Positions 26,202 through 37,397 of a DNA stretch of 55,849 bases are shown in pieces. The stretch comes from Vicinamibacterales bacterium. GTDB taxonomy: Bacteria; Acidobacteriota; Vicinamibacteria; Vicinamibacterales; 2-12-FULL-66-21. A program made the position numbers and the translations under genes. Location: NCBI GenBank assembly GCA_035575695.1, contig DATLXP010000101.1:1-55849 (forward strand), written 5' to 3'. How positions within the stretch are numbered: the first letter of the stretch is position 1; every line of letters starts with the position of its first letter. A model generated the notes under the pieces. That model made no database searches, was not told the origin of the DNA, and saw only the letters and a program-made list of their open reading frames with translations.

Positions 26202-27218
26202 ATGCGATCACGGATCCGGACGATCCTTGTCCTTCTTTTGACCCTCGGCCTGCTTGCGTTCTTCTTCCGGGACGCGAATTTCGCCGACGTGTGGGCCGAA
26301 ACCCGTCGCGCCGATCCGATGCTGCTCGTCGTCGGCGTGGTGATCACCGGCATCACGTACATGCTCAGGGCCTGGCGGTGGCAGTCGTTGCTCGCGCCGA
26401 TCGGCCCGACGCATTTTGGCACTGCGTTCCGCGCGACCGTCATCGGGTTCGCCGTGAGCTCCCTCCTGCCTGCCCGCGCCGGCGAGGTGATCCGGCCGTA
26501 CCTGCTGGCGCGCAAGGAGGGGATCAAGCCCACGGCCGCGTTCGCCACCGTCATTCTCGAGCGATTGCTCGACCTGGCGACCGTCCTTCTCCTGTTCGGC
26601 ATCTTCGTCGTCACGGTGCCCGACGGCGTGTTGACGGGAGACGCCGCGCAGCTGGCCTACGTGAAATTCTGGGGCGGCATGGCCGCGTCGGCCGCCCTTG
26701 GCGGCCTCGTCGTCCTGTTCCTGCTCGCCGGCCATCCCGAGCGTCTCGGCCGCGCCGCCGGTCGCGTCGAGCGGGTGCTGCCGGCACGGGTCGCCCGGAT
26801 CCTCTCGCGCTTCGTCGAAACGTTTGCACAGGGGCTGGCGGTGATGCGTGATCCTGCGCGTCTCGCCGTTGCCCTCCTGCAATCGTTTCCCCTCTGGCTG
26901 TCGATCGCGGCGGGTATCTGGGTGACGTCCCGTGCGTTTCATATTACGTTCCCGTACACAGGTTCGTTCCTCGTGATGACGCTGCTCGTCGTGGGCGTGG
27001 CGGTGCCGACCCCAGGCCAGATCGGCGGTTTTCACGCGGCGTATCAGATCGCCGTCCAGACGTTTTTTGGCGCGCCTGCGGACCGTGCGGTGGGCGCGGC
27101 GATCGTGCTCCACGCGATTTCATTCCTCCCGGTAACCATCCTCGGCGTCATTCTCATGGCGCGCGAAGGGCTCACGCTCAGCACCGCCAAAGATCTGGCG
27201 GGTTCAGGAACCCCATGA
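26202..27218 (+). CDS. lysylphosphatidylglycerol-synthase-TM-region (flippase-like, UPF0104) family membrane protein
   Basis: About 8 TM segments. The N-terminal ...[10 protein letters not shown]... motif is typical of the family. Confidence 0.7.
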   Translation: MRSRIRTILVLLLTLGLLAFFFRDANFADVWAETRRADPMLLVVGVVITGITYMLRAWRWQSLLAPIGPTHFGTAFRATVIGFAVSSLLPARAGEVIRPYLLARKEGIKPTAAFATVILERLLDLATVLLLFGIFVVTVPDGVLTGDAAQLAYVKFWGGMAASAALGGLVVLFLLAGHPERLGRAAGRVERVLPARVARILSRFVETFAQGLAVMRDPARLAVALLQSFPLWLSIAAGIWVTSRAFHITFPYTGSFLVMTLLVVGVAVPTPGQIGGFHAAYQIAVQTFFGAPADRAVGAAIVLHAISFLPVTILGVILMAREGLTLSTAKDLAGSGTP

Positions 27219-27673
27219 AATGTCCGTACTGCGCGCATCTCGGCGACAAGGTCGTGGACTCGCGCGAGAGCAAAGAAGGGGAAGTCATCCGCCGACGCCG
27301 CGAGTGTCTCGGGTGCGGTCGGCGCTTCACCAGTTACGAGCGGATCGACGAGATCCCCTACATGGTGGTGAAAAAGGATGGAAGCCGGGAGCGCTTCGAA
27401 CGGCAGAAACTGCTCGCCGGGCTCTTGAAGGCGTGCGAGAAACGTCCGGTGAGCGTCGCGTCGCTCGAGGGGATTGCTGACCGCGTGGAGTCGGCGCTCC
27501 AGGAGAAGCCCGAACGCGAGATGAGCACGGAGGAGGTCGGCGCCTTTGTGATGAACGAGCTGCGGACGCTCGATAAGGTCGCCTACGTGCGATTCGCCTC
27601 GGTGTACCGTCACTTCCGCGACATCGGAGAGTTCATGACGGAACTCAAGGATCTGTTGAACGTGAAGGAGTAG
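27215..27673 (+). CDS. nrdR: transcriptional repressor NrdR
   Basis: MKCPYC...DSR...RRRRECL.CG.RFTSYE zinc ribbon plus ATP-cone. ATGA overlap with the upstream gene. Confidence 0.95.
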   Translation: MKCPYCAHLGDKVVDSRESKEGEVIRRRRECLGCGRRFTSYERIDEIPYMVVKKDGSRERFERQKLLAGLLKACEKRPVSVASLEGIADRVESALQEKPEREMSTEEVGAFVMNELRTLDKVAYVRFASVYRHFRDIGEFMTELKDLLNVKE

Positions 27674-29977
27674 GTGGCCGTAGCCAAAGATGCCGTTCGG
27701 CCGACGCTGCCGGCCCGCAAGATGCCGGCGCAGCCGAAGACCGCCGACCGCCGGCCGCTGCGGGACAATCCGCGGCTGATCCTCCTCGGGATCGTGCTGC
27801 TGATCGGTGCCCTCGTCGCGATGATCGTGCTCGCCGACCAGTCCCGGGACTTCAGCCCGGACTTCCTCACAGAAGTGCTGCTGTATGCGCTCTCCGCGGC
27901 GGACCTGACGATGGTCCTCGCGCTCGTCTTCGTGCTCGCGCGAAACATCATCAAGCTCCTGGTCGAGCGGCGCCGCGGCCTTCCATTCTCGCGCTTTCGC
28001 GCGAAGCTCGTGCTCGCGATGCTCGGCCTGACGATCATTCCGTCGGTGCTCGTCCTGCTCGTCGGCGGAGAGTTGATCCGGCAGACCACCGCGCGATGGT
28101 TCGCCGATCCCATCGACGACGTGCTGAAGTCCGCCAACGCGATCGCCGTGGACTATTACGCCGAGCGACAGGCGGTCGCCGCCGGGCATGCCGCGCGGCT
28201 TGCCGGGACCCTGCCCGCGGCGGCGCTGCGGGCCGGTGACGTCGCGGCCATTCGCTCGGCGATCGAGGGGGACGTCCGGCAGGGACGAGTCGGGCTGGTC
28301 GAGGTGTATCAAGTCCGCGGAAAGGCGGCGCCGGCGCCGATCGTCGCCGTCGAGTCGCCGTCGCTGCCTCGCGGTCACGTGCGGGCGTCGGCGGACCGCC
28401 TCGCGGCCCGTGTCGCGTCGGGGAGCTCCGACGTCACGACGCACGATCCGCTCACCGGCGGGGGTGAGCTCGTTCGTGCCGGGGCGCTGGTGCGCGACGC
28501 GTCATCGGGTGCGCCTGTCGGCGTCGTGATCGCGAGCGATCACCTGTCGGGGTCGCTGGCACAACACTCCCGCCGCATCAGCGAGGCCTACGAAGGGTAC
28601 ACACAGCTGCGCGTGATGAAGCCGGCGCTCGAAGGCGTCTACCTCTCCGTGTTCCTGATGATGACGCTGATGATTCTCGTGAGCGCGACCTGGATGGGCC
28701 TGTATCTCGCCAAGCGGATCACGCGCCCCGTGCAGCTGCTGGCCGCGGGCGCCCGCGAGATTGGCGCCGGGCGGCTCGATCACCGCATCGAGCCGGAGAC
28801 CCGCGACGAGTTCGGGTCCCTGGTTGAAGCCTTCAACACGATGGCCGGCGAACTGGCGACGAGCCAGCGCAAACTGGAACGGTCGCGGGTGGACCTGGAG
28901 CGGAAGAACACCGAGGTCGACGAGCGCCGCCGATACATCGAGACGGTCCTCGAACGCATTGCGACCGGCGTCGTGTCGATCGGCGCTGACCGGCGCGTCG
29001 AGACGGTCAACTCCGCCGCCCTGAGACTGCTCGGCCTGGAGGGCGCGGTCATCGGGCGCGGTGCCGAGGAGGTCTTCGAGCGCGAAGATCTGAGACCGCT
29101 CCAGGAGATGGTCCGACGCGCGCAGGAAGGGAGAAGCGGGCCTGCGGGGCAGGAAATCGCCCTGGCCCGGGAGGGGCGCGAACTGCACCTGGCAGCAGCC
29201 GCAACGCAGTTTCAGACAGACGGGGAGACCCCGGGGGGTGTCGTCCTCGTGTTCGACGATGTGACGCCGCTGATTCGGACGCAGCGCGTCGCAGCGTGGC
29301 GGGACGTCGCGCGGCGCCTCGCGCACGAGATCAAGAATCCCCTCACGCCGATCCAGTTGAGCGCCGAGCGGCTGCGGAGACAGTTCGCCACCGCACCCCC
29401 GACCGCGCGTGCGCTGATCGACGAATGCACGACCACGATCGTCACCGAAGTCGACTCCCTCAAGGCGCTCGTGGACGAGTTCGCGCAGTTTGCGCGCATG
29501 CCGGCGCCCAAGACGGTCCCGAGCGATCTGAACGCCGTCCTCGTGGAGACCCTCAGTCTCTATAGCGGCCTGTTCAAGAACATCGCCCTCGCGCGGCGGC
29601 TCGCGCCGGGGCTTCCGCTGGTGCGGATCGACCCGGAACAGATGCGTCGCGTGATCATCAATCTGATGGACAACGCGGTCGAGGCGCTCGGCGGTGCGTC
29701 CGTGGTGCCCGGCGACGGCGATCTGCCGACGATCGAGCTCGCGACCGAGCACGACGGGGCCAATGCCGTCGTCCGCGTCACGGTGAGCGACAACGGTCCC
29801 GGCATCCCTCCGGAAGACCGCGACAAACTGTTCATGCCGTACTACTCGACCAAGCGACGCGGCAGCGGCCTCGGCCTGGCGATCGTCCGCCGGATCGTCG
29901 CCGAGCACGGCGGCGCCATCGACGTGGCCGACAACACGCCGACGGGCACGGTGTTTACAATCGAGTTGCCCTGTTGA
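27674..29977 (+). CDS. NtrY-like sensor histidine kinase (multi-TM, HAMP, PAS, HisKA, HATPase)
   Basis: H-box [20 protein letters not shown] boxes ([16 protein letters not shown]), and HAMP and PAS segments. Confidence 0.85.
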   Translation: MAVAKDAVRPTLPARKMPAQPKTADRRPLRDNPRLILLGIVLLIGALVAMIVLADQSRDFSPDFLTEVLLYALSAADLTMVLALVFVLARNIIKLLVERRRGLPFSRFRAKLVLAMLGLTIIPSVLVLLVGGELIRQTTARWFADPIDDVLKSANAIAVDYYAERQAVAAGHAARLAGTLPAAALRAGDVAAIRSAIEGDVRQGRVGLVEVYQVRGKAAPAPIVAVESPSLPRGHVRASADRLAARVASGSSDVTTHDPLTGGGELVRAGALVRDASSGAPVGVVIASDHLSGSLAQHSRRISEAYEGYTQLRVMKPALEGVYLSVFLMMTLMILVSATWMGLYLAKRITRPVQLLAAGAREIGAGRLDHRIEPETRDEFGSLVEAFNTMAGELATSQRKLERSRVDLERKNTEVDERRRYIETVLERIATGVVSIGADRRVETVNSAALRLLGLEGAVIGRGAEEVFEREDLRPLQEMVRRAQEGRSGPAGQEIALAREGRELHLAAAATQFQTDGETPGGVVLVFDDVTPLIRTQRVAAWRDVARRLAHEIKNPLTPIQLSAERLRRQFATAPPTARALIDECTTTIVTEVDSLKALVDEFAQFARMPAPKTVPSDLNAVLVETLSLYSGLFKNIALARRLAPGLPLVRIDPEQMRRVIINLMDNAVEALGGASVVPGDGDLPTIELATEHDGANAVVRVTVSDNGPGIPPEDRDKLFMPYYSTKRRGSGLGLAIVRRIVAEHGGAIDVADNTPTGTVFTIELPC

Positions 29978-29984
29978 GGCGCGC

Positions 29985-31370
29985 ATGAAAGCCAACGTTC
30001 TCATCGTGGACGACGAAGCGGGCGTGCGCAGCGCCCTCGGCGGCGTGTTGCGCGACGAAGGGTATGTCGTCGACGCGGTGGAGAGCGGGGAAGCGTGCCT
30101 GGACCGCGTCTCGCGTCACGCCTACGACGTGATCGTGCTCGACATCTGGCTGCCGGGCATGGATGGCCTCATGGCGCTCGAGCGCCTGCGCGAGCGGCGC
30201 GTGGACGCGCCGGTGGTGATGATCTCGGGGCACGGGAACATCGAGTCGGCCGTGCGGGCGATCAAGCTGGGCGCCTACGACTTTGTCGAGAAACCGCTCT
30301 CGCTCGAGAAGACCGTCCTCGTGATCGGCAACGCGGTCCGGCAGCGGCGGCTCGAGGCGGAAAACCGCGTCCTCCGCGCGCACGTGGACCGCCGGCTGAC
30401 CATGGTCGGGGAGAGCTACGCGATGGCGCAGCTCCGGGAGCAGGTCGCGATGGCGGCGCCGACCAACGGCCGCGTGCTGATCTTCGGCGAGAACGGGACG
30501 GGCAAGGAACTGGTCGCTCGCGGCGTGCACTCGCTCAGCCGCAGACGCGCCGCGCCGTTCATCGAGGTGAATTGCGCCGCGATTCCCGAGGAGTTGATCG
30601 AGAGTGAACTGTTCGGCCACATGCGCGGCGCCTTCACGGGGGCGGTCGCGGACCGGCGCGGAAAGTTCGAGCTCGCCGACGGCGGCACGTTATTCCTCGA
30701 CGAAATCGGGGACATGACCCTCAAGACGCAGGCGAAGGTGTTGCGCGCCCTCCAGGAGCAGGTGGTCGAACCGGTCGGTGGCGTGGCCAGTGTCAAGGTC
30801 GACGTCCGCGTCCTCGCGGCCACGAACAAGGACCTGCCTGTCGAGATCCGCGCCGGGCGCTTCCGCGAGGATCTGTACTTCCGCCTGAATGTCATTCCCA
30901 TCTCCGTTCCGCCGCTCCGCGAGCGCGATACGGACATCCCGCTGCTGGCCGATCACTTCATGGCGGAGCTGGCCCGCGAATACGGGCGGCGTCCGAAGCA
31001 GTTCGACGCCGGGGCGCTCACGGGCCTGTGCAGCTATCAGTGGCCGGGGAACGTCCGCGAGCTGCGCAACGTCATCGAGCGCCTCATCATCATGGTGCCG
31101 GGCGAAACGATCACGCTGGCCGACCTGGCATTCCTCGGTGGGCCGTCGTCGGTGCGCCTGGTCGAGGCCGCCGCGGCGGACGCCGTCCCACTCCACGAAG
31201 CCCGCGACAAGTTCGAACGCGATTACATCCTGCAGGCCCTGGCGGAACACCGCGGCAACATCTCGCGGACCGCGGACGCCCTCGGGGTCGAGCGCAGCAA
31301 CCTGTATCGCAAGATGCGGGGGTTCGGCATCGTCCCCACACGGAAGACCGATGACGAGGGTCCGGGGTGA
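29985..31370 (+). CDS. sigma-54-dependent response regulator (NtrC/NtrX family)
   Basis: Receiver domain ([14 protein letters not shown]), AAA+ domain with GENGTGKE and GAFTGA, and a C-terminal Fis-type HTH. Confidence 0.9.
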   Translation: MKANVLIVDDEAGVRSALGGVLRDEGYVVDAVESGEACLDRVSRHAYDVIVLDIWLPGMDGLMALERLRERRVDAPVVMISGHGNIESAVRAIKLGAYDFVEKPLSLEKTVLVIGNAVRQRRLEAENRVLRAHVDRRLTMVGESYAMAQLREQVAMAAPTNGRVLIFGENGTGKELVARGVHSLSRRRAAPFIEVNCAAIPEELIESELFGHMRGAFTGAVADRRGKFELADGGTLFLDEIGDMTLKTQAKVLRALQEQVVEPVGGVASVKVDVRVLAATNKDLPVEIRAGRFREDLYFRLNVIPISVPPLRERDTDIPLLADHFMAELAREYGRRPKQFDAGALTGLCSYQWPGNVRELRNVIERLIIMVPGETITLADLAFLGGPSSVRLVEAAAADAVPLHEARDKFERDYILQALAEHRGNISRTADALGVERSNLYRKMRGFGIVPTRKTDDEGPG

Positions 31371-31379
31371 TCCGGACAC

Positions 31380-31399
31380 GCCCGACCTGAAGGTCGGGC
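31380..31399. terminator. perfect hairpin GCCCGACC-TGAA-GGTCGGGC between convergent genes
   Basis: 8-bp stem and 4-nt loop, 10 nt after the response-regulator stop and abutting the ftcD stop. Same sequence family as 23277-23296. Confidence 0.55.
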
Positions 31400-32299
31400 C
31401 TACTCCGTACGGAGCTTGTTCTCCAGCACCTGCGCCTCCGCGCTGAAGCCTTCGATCTGCAGGTAGAACTCGGCCGACGCAAGCAGCGCCGCTGACGGCA
31501 CCAGCCCCACGATTTCGCTTTCGAGAATGCTCACCCCGTAACGCGCAGCCTCGCGCTTGACCATTTCGAAGACGCGGAACATCGGCGTCTTCTGGTAGTT
31601 GGTCAGATTCATCGACACCTGAGCGATCCCGCGGTCCTCGAGCAGCACGCCCATCGCCTTGACGAATCGAAGCCCGCCGCTGCTGTGGCGGACCGCGCTG
31701 GCGATCTTTTTCGCGACGTCGAGCCGGTCCGTATCGAGGTTGATGTTGTAGGCGATGAGCGGCATCCTGGCGCCGATGACCGACGCGCCGGCGGTCTCGT
31801 GGGGGCCCGAGGGGCCGAAGTCGGGCGCCCATCCCGCCGACGCCATCTTCCGGGCCAGCCCCTCGAACTCACCGCGGCGAATGTCTTCGAGGTTCTTCCG
31901 CGCCGGATCTGTGGACGCGTCTTCGTACAGGAAGACCGGCACCGCGAAACGCCCGGCCACCGCCGCCGCGACGTCCTTCGCGAGGGCCACGCAGTCATTC
32001 ATCGTCGCTCCCTCGATCGGCACGAACGGCACCACGTCGACCGCGCCGAGGCGCGGATGCTCCCCCGCGTGCGTGCGCAGGTCGATCTCCGCCATCGCGA
32101 CCTCGAAGAGGGCCAGGACGGCCGCTTTCTGCGCGGCCGCGTCTCCCACGAGGGTGAAGACGGACCGGTTGTGGGACGGGTCGGACGAGACATCGAGCAG
32201 CCGGACGCCGGGCGTGCGCCGGATCGCGTCGGCCAGACGCTGGATCACCTCGGGCCGGCGTCCTTCGCTCACGTTCGGAATCGATTCGATTATGGCCAT
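31400..32299 (-). CDS. ftcD: glutamate formimidoyltransferase
   Basis: MAIIESIPNVSEGRR...SDPSHNRSVFTLVG is the canonical N-terminus. Start at ATG 32299 rather than the track's 32374. Confidence 0.88.
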   Translation of the reverse strand: MAIIESIPNVSEGRRPEVIQRLADAIRRTPGVRLLDVSSDPSHNRSVFTLVGDAAAQKAAVLALFEVAMAEIDLRTHAGEHPRLGAVDVVPFVPIEGATMNDCVALAKDVAAAVAGRFAVPVFLYEDASTDPARKNLEDIRRGEFEGLARKMASAGWAPDFGPSGPHETAGASVIGARMPLIAYNINLDTDRLDVAKKIASAVRHSSGGLRFVKAMGVLLEDRGIAQVSMNLTNYQKTPMFRVFEMVKREAARYGVSILESEIVGLVPSAALLASAEFYLQIEGFSAEAQVLENKLRTE

Positions 32300-32313
32300 C
32301 GCAAGACTATAAT
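32285..32313 (+). promoter_or_regulatory. possible promoter, TTCGAT-17 nt-TATAAT
   Basis: Perfect TATAAT at 32308-32313, 31 nt upstream of ATG 32345. The -35 is weak. Confidence 0.35.
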
Positions 32314-32344
32314 TCCGGAAGCTGTCACCACTCCACCACTGCCC

Positions 32345-33175
32345 ATGACCGATTCGTCCCGTTCCGACCGCCACGCCGCTTCAGCGGACGTGACGGAGCG
32401 CGACCGAGAGGCGCTCGTCGAACAGCTCCTCGTAACCGGGCTCGATCACTATTTCGCCGAGCAGCACGAGCTCGCCATCAGCGTCTGGACGCGCGTGCTC
32501 TTCATCGACCGTGGCCATGCGCGGGCGCGCGCCTACATCGAGCGGGCCCGCAGTGCGATTGGAGAGCGGTTGCGCAAAGGGGACGAGCTGCTGCACACCG
32601 GCGTGGCGGCGTTCGACCGCGGAGACGCCGGAGCCGCGCGGGCACTGCTGGCATCCGCCGTCGAACATGGAGCCCCGGGTGATGAGGCACTGGCGGTCCT
32701 GGCGCGGATCGAGCGGCTCGAAGCGGCTGCCGCCCGGCCCTGGTCCCGGGCGTCCCGTCCGGCGCGAGCTGGGTTCACGCGGCCGGCGCCGGACCGCACG
32801 CCCGGTCCTGCGCGTCTCAGATGGATCGCGGCCGGCCTCGCCGCGGGAGCGCTGCTCGGCGCGGCCGGTCTCGTGCTGCTCGTGGAGCGGGGGATGCTGC
32901 CGTGGCCCCTTGTACGCGGGGACACCGCGAGCCTGGCGAGCCCGTTGATCGCTCCCTTGCCGGTGCCGTCGTTGTCGGAGGTCGCGCTCTCCCGCGCGCA
33001 CGGGCTGCGTTCCAGGGGACGGTTGCGCGAGGCTCTCGAGGCCCTCGAGCCGATTCCTCACGGCGATCCGTTTCGCGCGCGCGCGGACGAACTCCAGACG
33101 GCCGTCCAGCGCCTGCTTCTCGGCGCGGCCCGCACCGAGGGGCCCAAAGCGGAGGGCCGCACCCCCCAGCCATGA
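32345..33175 (+). CDS. hypothetical membrane protein with TPR-like helical N-terminal domain
   Basis: Helical repeat region followed by one TM (WIAAGLAAGALLGAAGLVLLV). Track start 31685 is antisense to ftcD. Confidence 0.6.
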   Translation: MTDSSRSDRHAASADVTERDREALVEQLLVTGLDHYFAEQHELAISVWTRVLFIDRGHARARAYIERARSAIGERLRKGDELLHTGVAAFDRGDAGAARALLASAVEHGAPGDEALAVLARIERLEAAAARPWSRASRPARAGFTRPAPDRTPGPARLRWIAAGLAAGALLGAAGLVLLVERGMLPWPLVRGDTASLASPLIAPLPVPSLSEVALSRAHGLRSRGRLREALEALEPIPHGDPFRARADELQTAVQRLLLGAARTEGPKAEGRTPQP

Positions 33176-34065
33176 GATGCCCCAAGTGCCAGTACATCAG
33201 CTTCGATAACGGCGACAAGTGCCGTAACTGCGGCTACGAGTTCTCGCTGTCGGTGGATCCCGGGGCCGTCGATATGGATATCCAGCCCGACGATGATGCT
33301 GTTGATCTCCGGCCCGACTTCTCGTCGGAAGACCTCGAGACCGCGGCTCCGGCACCCGTGCGGCCCCCTGCGCCGCCAGCCACCTCTCCGTTCGATCTCC
33401 CGCTGTTTCGCGACCGCGCCATCGACGATGACGCACCGCTCGTCAGTGCGCCGGCGGTGCCGCGTGCCCCCTTGTCCGTGAGGAAGGGGGCGCCCGTCGT
33501 GGCGCGGCCGGGCGGGCGACGCGGCATGCCGCAAGAGCCGCAACTGGATCTGGAACCGGGGGATCGGTCCACGGTACCGATCAGCCGGCCGGCCTCGCAT
33601 CCCTCACCGCACGCGCCATCGCACGCGGTTCCCGTCGACACCACCGCGGCTCCCGCCGGAGCGAGACTCCTTGCCGGAATCGTGGACCTCACGCTCCTCG
33701 TGGTGATCGATGCTGCCGTCCTGCACTTCACGCTGAAGTTGTGCGGCCTCACGTATGCGGAAATCGGGGTCTTGCCGGTGGCGCCATTTTTGGCGTTCCT
33801 TCTGCTCCTGAACGGCACATACCTTACGGCCTTCACCGCGGCTGGTGGACAAAGCATCGGCAAGATGCTTGGCGGCATCCGCGTCGTGCCGTCGGATCCC
33901 GACGCCTGGACCGACCGCGTGCCGCTCGGCCAGGCCGTCCTGCGGGCCGCTGCCTATTTCGCATCGGCCCTGCCGCTCGGTCTGGGCTTTCTCCCGGCTC
34001 TCATCGGCGCCGACAAGAGGGCCATCCACGACCGTCTCGCACATACGCGGGTCGTGAAAGCATGA
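33172..34065 (+). CDS. RDD family membrane protein with N-terminal zinc-ribbon
   Basis: MRCPKCQ...CRNCGYEF zinc ribbon, Pro-rich linker and a C-terminal RDD-type multi-TM domain. ATGA overlap upstream. Confidence 0.75.
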   Translation: MRCPKCQYISFDNGDKCRNCGYEFSLSVDPGAVDMDIQPDDDAVDLRPDFSSEDLETAAPAPVRPPAPPATSPFDLPLFRDRAIDDDAPLVSAPAVPRAPLSVRKGAPVVARPGGRRGMPQEPQLDLEPGDRSTVPISRPASHPSPHAPSHAVPVDTTAAPAGARLLAGIVDLTLLVVIDAAVLHFTLKLCGLTYAEIGVLPVAPFLAFLLLLNGTYLTAFTAAGGQSIGKMLGGIRVVPSDPDAWTDRVPLGQAVLRAAAYFASALPLGLGFLPALIGADKRAIHDRLAHTRVVKA

Positions 34066-34526
34066 CCCGACTCGCCGTCTTCATCGCGACGGCCGGCTAC
34101 TCCGGGTATTTTCCGATTGCCCCAGGCACCGTGGGTTCCGCCGTCGGACTCCTCGTCTACGCGCTCGTCTGGTGGTCGGGCTCGCGGGTCTTCGAGGTCT
34201 CGCTGATCGTCGGGCTGTTTGCGGCAGGCGTGTGGGCCGGCACCATCGCCGAGCGCTATTTCGGGGGAGTCGATCCTGGACCCATCGTCATGGACGAAGT
34301 GGTCGGCATGCTGATCACCCTCGCGTTCATCCCGGTGGGCTGGTCGGCTGCGCTCGCGGGCTTCGTGCTGTTCCGGGTGTTCGACGTGATCAAACCGTTC
34401 CCCGCCGGACGATTCGAGCAGCTGCACGGAGGGCTCGGCGTGATGGCTGACGACGCGATGGCGGCCGTGTACGCGAACCTCACGCTCCGCCTGGGGATGT
34501 GGCTCCTCCCGGCCTGGATCGCGTGA
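34062..34526 (+). CDS. pgpA: phosphatidylglycerophosphatase A
   Basis: GYFPIAPGTVGS...MDEVVGM...FRVFDVIKPFP motifs. ATGA overlap upstream. Confidence 0.9.
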   Translation: MTRLAVFIATAGYSGYFPIAPGTVGSAVGLLVYALVWWSGSRVFEVSLIVGLFAAGVWAGTIAERYFGGVDPGPIVMDEVVGMLITLAFIPVGWSAALAGFVLFRVFDVIKPFPAGRFEQLHGGLGVMADDAMAAVYANLTLRLGMWLLPAWIA

Positions 34527-35815
34527 CACCCGCGCTGGCCACCGCCGAGATCATTGCCGTAGGCAGTGAGCTTCTCGGCTGGACGCGCATCGACACCAAC
34601 TCGCTCTTCATCACCGAGCGTCTGTCGGCGCTCGGGATCCAGGTCAAAGGCAAGTCCGTCGTGGGTGATGACCGGGTGCGGTTGCGCGCGATCTTCGAGG
34701 CGGCACTCGGCCGATCCGACCTCGTGGTGCTCACCGGCGGACTGGGTCCCACCGAGGACGACCTCACGCGCGAGGTGGTGGCGGCCGCGCTCGGACTGCC
34801 TCTGGCCGAGGACGCCGACATCACGGACCGCATTCGGGAGCGGTTCGACCGCCGCGGGCTACGGATGCCGGAGGTGAATCGCCGGCAGGCGATGGTGCCC
34901 GCGGGGGCGACGGTCCTGCAAAACGCGCACGGCACCGCTCCGGGGCTCCTGATTCCGTCGCCGGACGGGCGCGGACGAATCGTCGTGTTGTTGCCTGGGC
35001 CGCCTCGCGAATTGCAACCCATGTTGCGGGCCCTGTGCGAGGGCGGGGCACTGGCGATGCGCACCGGCGCCGAACGCGTGCATACCGTATCTCTCTTCAC
35101 GACGCAGCGCTCCGAGTCCCACGTCGACGAAATCGCGCAGCCGCTCTACGGTCCGTGGCGCGACGAGCAACCGCCGATCGAGACGACCATCCTCGCCACG
35201 CCCGGGCAGATCGAACTGCACCTGACGTCGAGGAGCGCGGATGGTGCCGCGGCCGTTCGCCGGCTCGAGGCGGCGCGCGACACCCTGGCCCGTGCGCTGG
35301 GGGACGCGGTCTTCTCGACCGACGGGCGTCCTCTCCATCGGCTCGTCGGCGACACGCTGCGCGAACGCGCGATGACGATTGCCGCTGCCGAGTCCTGCAC
35401 GGGTGGCTTGTTCCTCGAACGGTTGACGGACCTGCCTGGCAGCTCAGACTACGTCACCGGTGGCGTGGTGGCGTACAGCGACGCGCTCAAGACGGCCCTT
35501 CTCGGGGTGGACCCCGCGATCATCGCCGCGCACGGCGCGGTCAGCGAACCGGTGGCTGCCGCCATGGCGGATGGGATTCACGCACGAACGGGCGCCGACG
35601 TCACCGTGTCGATCACGGGCATTGCAGGTCCAGGAGGGGGCACACCCTCCAAACCGGTAGGGACGGTGGTGATCGCCGTACGGGTGCCGGACCGGCCGCT
35701 GTCAGTGCGCACCCACGTGTTCCCCGGCGGACGTGCGCAGGTGCGCTTCCAGGCGACGCAGAGCGCGCTCGATGTCGTCCGGCGCCTGCTGCGCCCCGGT
35801 CTATCATGTGAGTGA
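34523..35815 (+). CDS. cinA: CinA family protein (MoCF-binding domain plus nicotinamide-nucleotide amidase PncC domain)
   Basis: AEIIAVGSELL...TNS N-terminus and the C-terminal AESCTGG motif. GTG 34523 (GTGA overlap) or GTG 34499 are possible starts. Confidence 0.88.
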   Translation: MTPALATAEIIAVGSELLGWTRIDTNSLFITERLSALGIQVKGKSVVGDDRVRLRAIFEAALGRSDLVVLTGGLGPTEDDLTREVVAAALGLPLAEDADITDRIRERFDRRGLRMPEVNRRQAMVPAGATVLQNAHGTAPGLLIPSPDGRGRIVVLLPGPPRELQPMLRALCEGGALAMRTGAERVHTVSLFTTQRSESHVDEIAQPLYGPWRDEQPPIETTILATPGQIELHLTSRSADGAAAVRRLEAARDTLARALGDAVFSTDGRPLHRLVGDTLRERAMTIAAAESCTGGLFLERLTDLPGSSDYVTGGVVAYSDALKTALLGVDPAIIAAHGAVSEPVAAAMADGIHARTGADVTVSITGIAGPGGGTPSKPVGTVVIAVRVPDRPLSVRTHVFPGGRAQVRFQATQSALDVVRRLLRPGLSCE

Positions 35816-36394
35816 ATGCTCTCCATCCTCCTCGGGTACCTGACGGGCTCGGTGCCGTTCGCCTACCTCCTGGCCAGGCGCGCCGGCATCGACGTCCGCA
35901 CGGCTGGCAGCGGGAACGTCGGCGCCGCGAATGTGCTGCGCACGACGGGGGCGTGGCAGGGCGTCATCGTTATGATGCTCGACGTCGCGAAGGGTGTGGC
36001 GGCCGTGGCGCTGGCGTACCTGATCGCCGGGAGTGTGGCGTTGGCCGCGCTGACCGGCGCCGCCGCGGTGGTCGGGCACGTCTATCCGGTCTGGCTCCGC
36101 TTCCACGGCGGCAAGGGGGTGGCTGTGGCGGCTGGCGTCTTCACCGTGCTCTCGCCGGTCGCCACCGGCATCGCGACCGCACTGTTCCTGCTCACGGTAC
36201 TGCTGACGCGGTACATCTCGCTCGCCTCGATCGCCGCGTCGCTGGCGCTGCCGTCGGCCGCCTGGCTGGTCGGCGAGCCGCGCGCGGTGGTGTTCGCGGC
36301 CACCGGAACGGCGGCCCTGATTCTCTTCCGGCATCGAGGGAACTGGCGTCGCCTTCGGAGCGGAACGGAATTGCGCGTCGGGGCACGAGCGTGA
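35816..36394 (+). CDS. plsY: glycerol-3-phosphate acyltransferase PlsY
   Basis: GYL.GS.PFAYLL...GSGN.GA.NV and HVYPVWLRFHGGKGVA motifs. Confidence 0.93.
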   Translation: MLSILLGYLTGSVPFAYLLARRAGIDVRTAGSGNVGAANVLRTTGAWQGVIVMMLDVAKGVAAVALAYLIAGSVALAALTGAAAVVGHVYPVWLRFHGGKGVAVAAGVFTVLSPVATGIATALFLLTVLLTRYISLASIAASLALPSAAWLVGEPRAVVFAATGTAALILFRHRGNWRRLRSGTELRVGARA

Positions 36395-37395
36395 CCAGCA
36401 CCATCGCGGTGCTCGGCGCGGGCAGTTGGGGAACGGCCCTCGCGATTCATCTCGCGGGGGCCGGGCACCCCGTCCGGTTGTGGGCGCGCGACGCGGCGCT
36501 CGCGGACGCACTGGCGACGGGTCGCGTCAACGCGCTGTACCTTCCCGGCGTGCCGCTGCCTGTCGGGGTCGACGCGACGGCCAGCCTGGCCTCGGCGGTC
36601 GACGGCGCGGCATTCATCGTGGGCGCAGTGCCGTCGCACGGCCTTCGAGCGGTCATGCGCGCGGCGGCGCCGAGCCTCGACACCGGCGCGATTCTCGTCA
36701 GCGCCACGAAGGGCCTTGAAACCGACACGCTCCAGCGGATGTCAGAAGTGATGGACGCGGAGACCGCGGGGCGCTTCAAGACGGTGGTGCTCTCGGGCCC
36801 CAGTTTCGCGGCGGAAGTCGCTCGCGGCCTGCCGACGGCCGTTCTCGCCGCATCGATCGATGCCGACGCTGCCGCCGCCGTTCAGGAACGATTTCGCGGG
36901 CGTGGCCTGCGGTTGTACGTCACCGATGACGTCGCGGGGGTCGAGATCGGCGGAGCGCTGAAGAACGTCATCGCCATTGCCGCGGGCGTGGTCGAAGGGC
37001 TGGGTCTCGGCCACAACGCGCTCGCGGCGCTCATCACGCGCGGACTGGCGGAAGTCTCGCGCCTCGCGTGTGCCGAAGGCGCCAGGCGGGAAACGCTCGC
37101 GGGGCTGTCGGGACTCGGCGACCTGGTGCTCACCTGCACCGGGGACTTGAGCCGCAACCGTCAGGTCGGCATAGAGCTTGGCCGCGGCCGCCCGCTCGCC
37201 GAAATTCTCGCAGGCATGCGGATGGTGGCGGAAGGTATTCGCACAACGCACGCCGCGCTGGCGCTGGGGACGAAGCACGGCATCGAACTGCCGATCGTGG
37301 CACAGATGAACGACGTGCTCGATGGCCGGTGTTCCCCGGCCAGCGGCGTCGAGGCGCTGATGGGCCGCCGCCAGCGCGCCGAAGTAGACGGGTGA
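36391..37395 (+). CDS. gpsA: NAD(P)H-dependent glycerol-3-phosphate dehydrogenase
   Basis: IAVLGAGSWGTALA Rossmann motif and the GALKNVIAIAAG motif. GTGA overlap with plsY. Track start 35812 is an extension. Confidence 0.93.
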   Translation: MTSTIAVLGAGSWGTALAIHLAGAGHPVRLWARDAALADALATGRVNALYLPGVPLPVGVDATASLASAVDGAAFIVGAVPSHGLRAVMRAAAPSLDTGAILVSATKGLETDTLQRMSEVMDAETAGRFKTVVLSGPSFAAEVARGLPTAVLAASIDADAAAAVQERFRGRGLRLYVTDDVAGVEIGGALKNVIAIAAGVVEGLGLGHNALAALITRGLAEVSRLACAEGARRETLAGLSGLGDLVLTCTGDLSRNRQVGIELGRGRPLAEILAGMRMVAEGIRTTHAALALGTKHGIELPIVAQMNDVLDGRCSPASGVEALMGRRQRAEVDG

Positions 37396-37397
37396 CC